Shown: positions 1 through 7,639 of the stretch, piece by piece | Layout of the letters: every line of letters starts with the position of its first letter | Numbering within the stretch: position 1 is the first letter of the stretch | Virus record (IMG/VR): IMGVR_UViG_3300025174_001715 | Source of the DNA: a virus | DNA length: 41,525 nt | Reading direction: 5' to 3' (one strand) | Notes under the pieces: generated by a model | Database searches by the model: none | The model's input: only the letters and a program-made list of their open reading frames with translations | Told to the model about the DNA's origin: nothing | Program-made: the position numbers and the translations under genes

Positions 1-2
1 AT

Positions 3-95
3 GATAAGATTACTGTTGATTCAGAATTCGAGTTAATGAAAATAGCAAACGATTTTGATATTATTGAACCTATGAAAGTTGCAGTTATTAAGTAA
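3..95 (+). CDS. 3' end of a gene truncated by the window edge (…DKITVDSEFELMKIANDFDIIEPMKVAVIK*)
   Basis: Open frame from the window edge to TAA at 93-95, followed by a hairpin. Confidence 0.45.
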   Translation, partial: DKITVDSEFELMKIANDFDIIEPMKVAVIK

Positions 96-98
96 GAA

Positions 99-116
99 GG
101 TTTCCCGAAGGAAACC
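99..116 (+). terminator. Perfect 7-bp hairpin GGTTTCC-CGAA-GGAAACC, possible terminator or processing stem
   Basis: Inverted repeat directly after the stop at 95; no U-tract. Confidence 0.35.
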
Positions 117-230
117 AACGAGGATTTATTGTTTCCACAAACATAACTAGTTCTGCACATAATGTAAGTGCGTTCTTTATTATTCATGGAAAGTATAAAA
201 AGATTCGTAAAACTGACGAATAAATAAAGA

Positions 231-258
231 GTTATAAGTTTAAGTTATAAGTTTAATA
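231..258. promoter_or_regulatory. 28-bp element GTTATAAGTTTAAGTTATAAGTTTAATA (tandem GTTATAAGTTTAA with palindromic TTATAA boxes), copy 1
   Basis: Exact copy at 5696-5723; first TTATAA is about 25-30 nt before ATG 261, consistent with an archaeal leaderless promoter. Confidence 0.7.
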
Positions 259-260
259 CA

Positions 261-1253
261 ATGACATCAAATTACGAAGTCAAATACGCAGGTGGCAAAA
301 TCAAAGCCATCGTTATCGGAGTAATTTTAGTAGTAATAATCGCCATTGTCCTTTCAGCAGGAATTAAGATCGTTGATGCAGGGCATAGAGGTATTTTATT
401 GCACTTCCAACAAATTGACGGAGTTCAATGTGACGAAAAAACAGGCGACTGTATAGCAATCAAACCTCCTCTTAAGGAAGGGATGCACTTTGTTGTACCA
501 TTCCAAGATGATATAGTCCAGATGGAAGTCAGGACACAAAAGTTTGAAAAGACAACAGGTGCAGGTTCAAAGGACTTGCAGGGAGTTTCAACCACAGTAG
601 CAATTAACTATAGGGTTAGTCCTGAATCAGCAAACCTGCTTTTTGCAACAGTTGGGTTGGATTATACAGTTAGAATCATAACACCAGCAGTAGATGAAGT
701 AGTAAAACAGATCACAGCAAGGTACAACGCAGAGGAACTTATCACCAAAAGGGAAATTGTCAAAGGAGAGATTGTTCAGGCATTAGGTCAAAGACTAGCA
801 AGGTTCAATCTTCTACAACAAGAAGTCAGTATTACTGACTTTCAATTTTCGACACAATTCTCTAATGCAGTTGATGCCAAAGTAACAGCCGAACAAAATG
901 CAAAAACTGCTCAAAATGTAGTAGCGATCAAAGAAGCAGAAGCACAACAGGCTCAAGCTGTAGCACATGGAATACAGCTTGCAGCAATTGAAACAGCAGA
1001 AGGTGTAAAACAAGCACATATCCTTGAAGCAGAAGGTATAGCTCAAGCAATTACAATCCAAGCTCAAGCAAACCAAGAGGCAATTAGATTGCTAACAGAA
1101 ATGTTAAGAAACAACCCAGAGTATATTGAATATCTGAGGTTATTGCAGTGGAACGGTCATTTACCAGACACATTGATTATTACAGATTCGGAAGGAAACA
1201 ATCTACTATTACAAATACCGACAAAAACCATACAACAGCAATCGCAGGAGTAA
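261..1253 (+). CDS. SPFH / band-7 / prohibitin-like membrane protein
   Basis: N-terminal TM helix; motifs IVDAGHRGIL, GMHFVVPF, SKDLQ, INYRV, ELITKRE, ITDFQFS; Ala/Gln coiled coil; YIEYLRLLQWNGHLP end. Confidence 0.93.
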   Translation: MTSNYEVKYAGGKIKAIVIGVILVVIIAIVLSAGIKIVDAGHRGILLHFQQIDGVQCDEKTGDCIAIKPPLKEGMHFVVPFQDDIVQMEVRTQKFEKTTGAGSKDLQGVSTTVAINYRVSPESANLLFATVGLDYTVRIITPAVDEVVKQITARYNAEELITKREIVKGEIVQALGQRLARFNLLQQEVSITDFQFSTQFSNAVDAKVTAEQNAKTAQNVVAIKEAEAQQAQAVAHGIQLAAIETAEGVKQAHILEAEGIAQAITIQAQANQEAIRLLTEMLRNNPEYIEYLRLLQWNGHLPDTLIITDSEGNNLLLQIPTKTIQQQSQE

Positions 1254-1260
1254 TCTAATA

Positions 1261-1584
1261 ATGCCATCAGGCTTTATTATTGAAATAATTGTAATCGCTT
1301 CCTGCGGAGCTGGATTTTTTCTATTTTACAAATTTTGGTGGGAAAAAAGAATTGACAGAAAGGACTGTATCGAACTGCTAAGGTCTAAAGGAATTGCTGA
1401 TCATCCAGAATCAATTACAAAAAGATACTACAAACTTCAGGGAGATAATCTTTCAGAAAAAGATGTAAGAAAACTGACAAACCAATACATACATCTAAAC
1501 AAGGAATTCTTCCTAACAATGTATGATTTAGGTAAACGAGAAGATAAAGAGGATAAAGAGAATGAAAATAAAGAGAGTGATTAG
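1261..1584 (+). CDS. Hypothetical membrane-anchored protein
   Basis: N-terminal hydrophobic helix, charged tail, 7 nt after the SPFH stop. Confidence 0.7.
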   Translation: MPSGFIIEIIVIASCGAGFFLFYKFWWEKRIDRKDCIELLRSKGIADHPESITKRYYKLQGDNLSEKDVRKLTNQYIHLNKEFFLTMYDLGKREDKEDKENENKESD

Positions 1585-1610
1585 ATATTTCATATAGCTG
1601 GCGTGAACGC

Positions 1611-1976
1611 TTGCGTATTCGACTTGGTAAGCTTATTGAAAAATATAACCTAGAACCAAATGATCTTGATTGGGTAGAAGATCACATTGAGGAATTATGT
1701 AGGGTAGCAGATATTAGATGCAAGGCAATAGATCCAAACAAGGCAGTAGATCAGGTAATTGACGAGTTAGACAATGAGGCATTTGACAAGTTTTCCAAAG
1801 GGGTAATTGACGAAGTAAAGGCAAGAATTGACAAAAACAAAAGATTGGAGAAGAAACGTAAAAAGAAAAAGACTTTTGAGGAAGAATCAGTTGAAACTCA
1901 GATACCAATTGTATATCCAGACAACGTTGCACCATTTGAAAAACCACAAGCGATGGAGGCCACACCACATGGATGA
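1611..1976 (+). CDS. Hypothetical protein (TTG start)
   Basis: 121-aa charged helical ORF in the operon. Confidence 0.65.
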   Translation: MRIRLGKLIEKYNLEPNDLDWVEDHIEELCRVADIRCKAIDPNKAVDQVIDELDNEAFDKFSKGVIDEVKARIDKNKRLEKKRKKKKTFEEESVETQIPIVYPDNVAPFEKPQAMEATPHG

Positions 1977-2160
1977 TGTATTAAGAATTACATTACCAAG
2001 TTTTATTGGGATATTAATAAGTACACCAATAATGCTAATGATTGATTTATCAAAACAAGATCAAATAACTATGTTCTTTATACTACTTCCAATGATGGTA
2101 GGTGCGATGATAAGCATGGTTATAGCATTTAGAAGCATATCACCAAAAAAGGAAATATAA
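1969..2160 (+). CDS. Small two-TM membrane protein (MDDVLRITLP…)
   Basis: Internal ATG of ORF 1828-2160, GGAGG RBS upstream, two hydrophobic segments. Confidence 0.65.
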   Translation: MDDVLRITLPSFIGILISTPIMLMIDLSKQDQITMFFILLPMMVGAMISMVIAFRSISPKKEI

Positions 2161-2163
2161 AAA

Positions 2164-2787
2164 ATGAGTAGTGAAAATAAAAAGAAGACAAAAGAGGATT
2201 TAGAAAAAAAGATAGTTGAACTGGAAGACAAACTTTCAAGTCTAAGTAATATGTTGAGTGATGAATCATATCCACTAACACCATCTATGCTGAAAAAGAA
2301 TCCACCAACAGAACCAAGAGATCGACATACAGTTTTAGATAGATTGATGTCAGAAAGACATTCACTGCCCAGAATTTCAGAATTAGATCCAGATGATTTA
2401 GATCCTGACGGTTCTGCAAAAAGACAGTTATTAGCAATTGCACAGGAAAATTATCTAAAGCAACTTAAGAAACATGATACACGTGGAACAATGCCAAAAG
2501 GATTCGGTGTCGATCCGAAATCACCTTTTTCATTAATCATGTCATATGATAAAAAATATGCAAAAGGAATACTAAAATCAAAAAGATGCCTTGGTTGTAA
2601 AAAATTTCTAGATAAACAGCACGTAATACTTTGCCATGAATGTGCAACTAATAAACTAACAGAGCAAGAACTCAATCAAGTAATAAGGAGATTCACAACT
2701 TGGGGATTTTACAAAAAATCATTTTTAACAAATATTGCGTTAAAACTAAAACTTGCAAAAGTTATGACGGAAGAAAAACATGAGTGA
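2164..2787 (+). CDS. Hypothetical protein, coiled coil plus CxxC…CxxC zinc finger
   Basis: CLGC…CHEC; N-terminal heptads. Confidence 0.7.
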   Translation: MSSENKKKTKEDLEKKIVELEDKLSSLSNMLSDESYPLTPSMLKKNPPTEPRDRHTVLDRLMSERHSLPRISELDPDDLDPDGSAKRQLLAIAQENYLKQLKKHDTRGTMPKGFGVDPKSPFSLIMSYDKKYAKGILKSKRCLGCKKFLDKQHVILCHECATNKLTEQELNQVIRRFTTWGFYKKSFLTNIALKLKLAKVMTEEKHE

Positions 2788-3271
2788 TGTTCCACTTCAC
2801 ATAAAAATAATGGCTTCTTTAGGAATTATAAAAGTGACACAAAAACGATCACCACCAGAAAAAAAAGGAACACTGCCAAAAGGATTTAGTAACAAACCAA
2901 GTTCTTTCTCAAAACCACGAAGAAGTTTCAATCCAATGTCTTATATATCATATATTATTCCGTTAGGAATTATAATTCCATTAATATTTGCATTTTTACC
3001 AGTAATTAATGATGCAGATACAAATGCGAAAGTTAATGAAATACAGACATTACAGGGCAAAGCAAAAGTTGTAGCTGATAAGGAGGAAAAAGATAATTGG
3101 GAAAAAGAAGTTGAAAAGTATGATAACCCAGAAATATTACCAAAATTATTAAACTTAAAATCAGAAATAGATGTTGCAAGTTGCGAAAAATTAGGGCAGA
3201 TGTTAGAAAATGAAAGGTGGACACTAAGAGCCTATGTAGCTCACACAATATTGGAGAAAAACTGCATATAA
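2780..3271 (+). CDS. Membrane-anchored protein with C-terminal Cys pair
   Basis: Central TM helix; SCEKL…KNC end resembles ORF 9242. Confidence 0.7.
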   Translation: MSDVPLHIKIMASLGIIKVTQKRSPPEKKGTLPKGFSNKPSSFSKPRRSFNPMSYISYIIPLGIIIPLIFAFLPVINDADTNAKVNEIQTLQGKAKVVADKEEKDNWEKEVEKYDNPEILPKLLNLKSEIDVASCEKLGQMLENERWTLRAYVAHTILEKNCI

Positions 3272-3310
3272 AATAAAACCTTTTGTATTAGTACACAAAT
3301 AAACAAAACA

Positions 3311-3559
3311 GTGTCTATACAAAAATTCCTGAACTACAAACAACTGGTCTATGATATAATAGAGAAAAGCGGTTCAGTTGGATTAACACATCAAGAAATC
3401 GATAAAGAATCCAAGATCCATCACGACACAAGGCAGAAAATTCTCTACCGATTACGTGATGAAGGAAAAATCTATTTCAGCGTTCATGTGGCAAAGTGGA
3501 AGTTATTAAAGTATAAATCAAGATTTGAGTACGAGTCGATGGAATGGTGTGCAGGATAG
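3311..3559 (+). CDS. Winged-helix DNA-binding protein
   Basis: GLTHQEI…ILYRLRDEGKIY wHTH-like pattern. Confidence 0.6.
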   Translation: MSIQKFLNYKQLVYDIIEKSGSVGLTHQEIDKESKIHHDTRQKILYRLRDEGKIYFSVHVAKWKLLKYKSRFEYESMEWCAG

Positions 3560-3579
3560 CGATCTTAAATCTTAAAGAA

Positions 3580-3590
3580 TAATCTTATAT
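3580..3590 (+). promoter_or_regulatory. Promoter motif TAATCTTATAT
   Basis: Same 11-mer in four intergenic regions (3580, 13170, 15562, 28958), each upstream of a gene start. Confidence 0.7.
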
Positions 3591-3632
3591 TCAATTCATC
3601 TACATCACAAACGATACAGTTGGGAGAATCAA

Positions 3633-3998
3633 ATGCCTAGTCTTGGGTTCATTATGGCTATTATTGGTGCAAGTGTAGGTATGTTAATTGGAATCCTAAT
3701 TTTTAGTGAAGTAGCTGCTATACTTGATTGTACCACAGTAGAATCTGAAGCATTTAAGCAAGAATGTGAAAACGCAAAAGATGTTGGATGGACAGTAATT
3801 GCCATATTGCCAATTGTATTATTCTTCGCAATATTTGCAATATTTGGTGGGCTACAATTTGATTTTGGTAGTAAAATAAACAACATGCAAAAAATTCTAA
3901 GAATATCACAAAAAAATGGTAAAACTCAAATAGAGAATATAACAATCAGTCAGAAGTTGATGTTATTTTTTGGATTGGCAAAGGTGAAAAAGATATGA
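3633..3998 (+). CDS. Spindle-virus capsid-like two-helix hydrophobic hairpin protein
   Basis: Two long hydrophobic helices joined by a short Cys-flanked loop; clear paralog of the termini of ORF 22371. Confidence 0.6.
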   Translation: MPSLGFIMAIIGASVGMLIGILIFSEVAAILDCTTVESEAFKQECENAKDVGWTVIAILPIVLFFAIFAIFGGLQFDFGSKINNMQKILRISQKNGKTQIENITISQKLMLFFGLAKVKKI

Positions 3999-4216
3999 CT
4001 GAAACTGAAACTATAGAAGAATTAAAAAAGAAAATTCATGAACTAGAACTTGAAATTGCTAAATTAAAAGGTGCAAATGAAACCTTGATGGCTCTTTATC
4101 ATAGTCGTCCATCTACTACAATTATTGAAAAACATCACCCACCAAAACGATACCCACCTCCATTTCCAATGTGGCCAAACAAATATCCAAGTTATGAATC
4201 TAAATTATGGAGGTAA
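3995..4216 (+). CDS. Small coiled-coil protein with Pro-rich tail
   Basis: ATGA overlap with the previous gene; heptad pattern. Confidence 0.6.
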   Translation: MTETETIEELKKKIHELELEIAKLKGANETLMALYHSRPSTTIIEKHHPPKRYPPPFPMWPNKYPSYESKLWR

Positions 4217-4220
4217 TTTT

Positions 4221-4418
4221 ATGAATGGATGGAAATCAACTATAATATCAGTTTATTTAATCACATTTAAAAATAATGATACTCCTCACATGATAGTAAA
4301 AACAAAAGAAGACGCAGTAGAATATTGCAAAGTTCATCCTGAATATGATTGGGATTGTTGGGGTGTAGAAACCAGAATCCCACAACTTGCAGTTAAAATA
4401 AAGAGAAAACATAAATGA
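4221..4418 (+). CDS. Hypothetical protein
   Basis: Internal ATG of ORF 4125-4418 with GGAGGT RBS. Confidence 0.6.
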   Translation: MNGWKSTIISVYLITFKNNDTPHMIVKTKEDAVEYCKVHPEYDWDCWGVETRIPQLAVKIKRKHK

Positions 4419-4774
4419 AAACGAAATCTGTAACAAATCAAGTTTATTGTTGTGAAGTATGTACTTATGAATCACCTAATAGCACAATGTTCAACACTTG
4501 CCTAGTATGTACCAAAAATTACTGTGTTTTGAATTGCAAGAGTGATTTGTATTTCATTTACAATCAAAATGTATGTAGAATATGCAAGGATAACCCAATG
4601 GTTGAAGAACTTACAGACAAGTGGCTAAAAGAATGGCGTGAGAAACTACCATTTGTTAAAAAAAGTTACCAAGACATAAGTAAGGAGGCTCTAAAATTGG
4701 ATAAGAGATTTGCAAAAGACTGGAAAGAGAATTTGGAGAAATACGAAGAAGAACACAGAGATTTAACACCATGA
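4415..4774 (+). CDS. Cys-rich zinc-finger protein
   Basis: CEVC, CLVC, CxxxC, CRIC; ATGA-coupled at both ends. Confidence 0.7.
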   Translation: MKTKSVTNQVYCCEVCTYESPNSTMFNTCLVCTKNYCVLNCKSDLYFIYNQNVCRICKDNPMVEELTDKWLKEWREKLPFVKKSYQDISKEALKLDKRFAKDWKENLEKYEEEHRDLTP

Positions 4775-5220
4775 GTACATGCAAGTCAGACAATTCTTTT
4801 TTCTTTATATTTATTCCAGTTATGGTGATGATGCTTCTCATAGTTAATCTAAGCTCAATCTCAAATAATAATGAGGATAGTTTGTTGACAGATGAACAGA
4901 AATTAGCAAAACAAAAAGTAATGGCACTGGAAAAAGAAAAGGAGTTCATCAAAAAACAAGAGGAGGCAAAATGGTGGGATGATCAGATAACCTACGTGTT
5001 AAATGAGAAACCACTTCCGATAGTTGGGATTGGCGGAATGATAATTTTTCTCACGTTAATTAAGACATCACAAATGAAAAGTGAATTTGGTATGATCTTT
5101 GGTGGTAGATGGAGATGGTTAAACTGGTTAAACATGCCATCAATCATTGTAATTTTTACAGGAATGATATATCTTGCATGGTTAGCTGGGTATGTTAATC
5201 TTACAGGTGCAGAAATATGA
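4771..5220 (+). CDS. Multi-pass membrane protein
   Basis: Three hydrophobic segments. Confidence 0.7.
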   Translation: MSTCKSDNSFFFIFIPVMVMMLLIVNLSSISNNNEDSLLTDEQKLAKQKVMALEKEKEFIKKQEEAKWWDDQITYVLNEKPLPIVGIGGMIIFLTLIKTSQMKSEFGMIFGGRWRWLNWLNMPSIIVIFTGMIYLAWLAGYVNLTGAEI

Positions 5221-5435
5221 AAACAAGAACAAGTGGCCATTTTTATATATTTAAAACTAAAAAGGCGGAAATTGGTTTGAATGAAACGCCAAAAAAAACA
5301 ATTCACATATTTCCAAAAACTCAGAGGATGCAGATTAGAGTTCAAACATCCTGGGATTCAAAAGATGATATTGTAATTAAAGACGCTAGAAATGTAATAA
5401 TCGAAAAGACTTTAAGACATCCTAAATGGGGATAA
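5217..5435 (+). CDS. Hypothetical basic protein
   Basis: ATGA-coupled 72-aa ORF. Confidence 0.55.
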   Translation: MKTRTSGHFYIFKTKKAEIGLNETPKKTIHIFPKTQRMQIRVQTSWDSKDDIVIKDARNVIIEKTLRHPKWG

Positions 5436-5572
5436 ATCGAAATAGAAGGCTCGTTCTTGGATTAGCAAAAACGAACCAGCGTGGATTTATGGTTTCCACA
5501 AACATTACATTAGCATCATATCTAGATCGTAAAAATATAAAAATATTATGTATTAAAAAAAGAAAGGGGTAA

Positions 5573-5665
5573 TTAAATTTGTGAGAAAGCGAATAGAGCT
5601 CCTGCACCTGCGATCGCAGCAGAAAGGATCATACCAAACCAATCTGGTCTGCCTGATTTTGCCAT
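5573..5665 (-). CDS. Putative 30-aa membrane peptide MAKSGRPDWFGMILSAAIAGAGALFAFSQI
   Basis: Found by manual translation; one TM helix; ATG about 32 nt from the TTATAA box read leftwards. Confidence 0.5.
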   Translation of the reverse strand: MAKSGRPDWFGMILSAAIAGAGALFAFSQI

Positions 5666-5695
5666 TAGGTTATAGAAATTATGGGAGGTAATAAA

Positions 5696-5723
5696 GTTAT
5701 AAGTTTAAGTTATAAGTTTAATA
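5696..5723. promoter_or_regulatory. 28-bp element, copy 2, upstream of the TIGR array
   Basis: Identical to 231-258. Confidence 0.7.
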
Positions 5724-5746
5724 AGTTAGAATCCGATCCACTAACA

Positions 5747-7639
5747 ATGACAGGGGGAACGAGTCAAAACAAAATTGAAGAACGAAATCATAATCCGAGG
5801 CAAAACGATATTGAATTACAAAAAGATCGTCCGAGTCAGATTCCACTTGAAGAACACGCCAACTATCCGAGTCATTTTCATGTTGAAAAACACTACAAGA
5901 ATCCGAGTCATCTAGTAATTGAAAAACAGGAAAACGATACGAGCCATGATGGTTTTGAAGAACACATAAATGATTCGAGTCATAAAAAGCATGAAAAACA
6001 TAATACAGTTACGAGTCACAAACCACATGAAAAACAAGATTTGATTCCGAGTCACATAAATATTGAAGAACAAAAATTAGATCCGAGTCAATCAATATAT
6101 GAAACACATGATAAACTTCCGAGTCATAGGTTTGTTGAAAAACAAAGTAAAGATCCGAGTCAATGTAGAATTGAAGAACATAATCAGTATCCGAGCCAAA
6201 TGGAAGATGAAAAACGGAAAAAGCTTTCGAGCCAATCAATAATTGAAAAACATAAGATAGATTCGAGCCAAAAGAATGTTGAAATACAACATGTCAATTC
6301 GAGTCATGTAGACCTTGAAATTCAAAAGACGAATCCGAGTCACGATCCATATGAAAAACATGGTGTCATTACGAGTCAATATTTCGTTGAAGAACAAATC
6401 AATTATCCGAGTCATACCAACTTTGTAGAACAAAGTAACAATCCGAGTCAGTATTGGTTTGTAGAACAGAACAAAGATTCGAGTCAATTCATGCTTGAAG
6501 AACAGGAAAAAAATCCGAGTCAAATAATAATTGGAAAACAATTTTCATATCCGAGTCAATACTTGATTGAAATACAAAGAGTTGATACGAGTCAAAATAA
6601 AATTGAAGAACAAGCTAATAATACGAGTCACCAACTACATGAAGAACATGGTGTAATTCCGAGCCACACACCAGATGAAGAACATCGAATAGTTTCGAGT
6701 CACAGACCAATTGAAAAACATAATTATGATACGAGTCAAACCATATTTGAAATACAGAACGGTTATCCGAGTCATAGAACAGATGAAAAACAAAAGAATA
6801 ATTCGAGTCATTCATTTATTGAAAAACATAAATATAATTCGAGTCAAAGTTTAATTGGAATACATGACAAAGATCCGAGTCCTATCAAAATTGAAACACA
6901 TGGCAGGAATACGAGTCACAGTTTAATTGAAAAACAAAGCAGGGATACGAGTCACAGTGTAAATGAAAACCAAAACACTCTTGCGAGTCAAAAGAAAATT
7001 GAAGAACATGCGGAACTTACGAGTCTAAAGCATCTTGAAGAACAGAACAACTATACGAGTCATTTTCCAATTGGAGAACAATATTGGCATCCGAGTTATT
7101 TCTTAATTGAAAAATATGGCAAAGATACGAGTCAAAGTTTACTTGTAGAACATAAAAAAAATCCGAGTCATTGTACGATTGAAGAACAAAATCATAATCC
7201 GAGTCAAAATTTCTTTGAAGAACACTATGATAATACGAGTCACATAATAATTGAAAAACATGTTTCATATCCGAGTCAGTATTCTCTTGAAGAACAAGTC
7301 ATGAATTCGAGTCAAAGTTTATTTGGAATACAAAATGAACATACGAGTCATATGATGCTTGAAAAACAGGATGAGCATACGAGTCATCATGTAAATGAAA
7401 AACAAATGAAAGATCCGAGCCAAAACATTATTGAAGAACAAACTAATCATTCGAGTCAATTTCCATTTGAAGAACAATATGCGAATTCGAGTCATAGTAT
7501 AAATGAAAAACAAATAGTTGTTCCGAGTCATACAACCATTGAAAAACATATAGAATATTCGAGTCATCAAAAATTTGAAAAACAAGACACGCATACTAGT
7601 CCTAATCGCTTTGAAAAACAAATGGATGATACGAAATGA
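5747..7639 (+). CDS. Stop-free reading frame spanning the TIGR array (12-aa periodic PSH/Q-xxx-EE/KH/Q-xxx); protein status uncertain
   Basis: ORF track gives 5681-7639; ATG 5747 lies downstream of the promoter element; stop overlaps the tasA ATG. Confidence 0.45.
   Translation: MTGGTSQNKIEERNHNPRQNDIELQKDRPSQIPLEEHANYPSHFHVEKHYKNPSHLVIEKQENDTSHDGFEEHINDSSHKKHEKHNTVTSHKPHEKQDLIPSHINIEEQKLDPSQSIYETHDKLPSHRFVEKQSKDPSQCRIEEHNQYPSQMEDEKRKKLSSQSIIEKHKIDSSQKNVEIQHVNSSHVDLEIQKTNPSHDPYEKHGVITSQYFVEEQINYPSHTNFVEQSNNPSQYWFVEQNKDSSQFMLEEQEKNPSQIIIGKQFSYPSQYLIEIQRVDTSQNKIEEQANNTSHQLHEEHGVIPSHTPDEEHRIVSSHRPIEKHNYDTSQTIFEIQNGYPSHRTDEKQKNNSSHSFIEKHKYNSSQSLIGIHDKDPSPIKIETHGRNTSHSLIEKQSRDTSHSVNENQNTLASQKKIEEHAELTSLKHLEEQNNYTSHFPIGEQYWHPSYFLIEKYGKDTSQSLLVEHKKNPSHCTIEEQNHNPSQNFFEEHYDNTSHIIIEKHVSYPSQYSLEEQVMNSSQSLFGIQNEHTSHMMLEKQDEHTSHHVNEKQMKDPSQNIIEEQTNHSSQFPFEEQYANSSHSINEKQIVVPSHTTIEKHIEYSSHQKFEKQDTHTSPNRFEKQMDDTK
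5758..7638 (+). repeat. TIGR (tandem interspaced guide RNA) dual-repeat array, 52 units of 36 nt
   Basis: Exact 36-nt period (edge repeats at 5758+36n): TNCGAGTCA-N9-TGAARAACA-N9. Constraint is at nucleotide level: invariant NCG and AG(T/C) codons. Last units are degenerate. Directly upstream of a Nop-fold gene. Confidence 0.93.

Noticed and set aside
6847-6855. Spacer AAGTTTAAT matching the 28-bp promoter element (249-257, 5714-5722) as self-targeting
   Set aside because: The partner spacer (TGACAAAGA) does not match the adjacent sequence in either copy; a 9-nt AT-rich match is expected by chance. A full 18-mer search was not possible by eye.
5758-7638. CRISPR array
   Set aside because: Repeats and spacers are only 9 nt, two repeat types alternate, and no cas genes are present; the layout fits TIGR.
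5681-7639. Ordinary repeat protein as the sole explanation of the array
   Set aside because: Invariant synonymous positions, A9/B9 covariation and the adjacent Tas gene indicate RNA-level function; translation may be additional.
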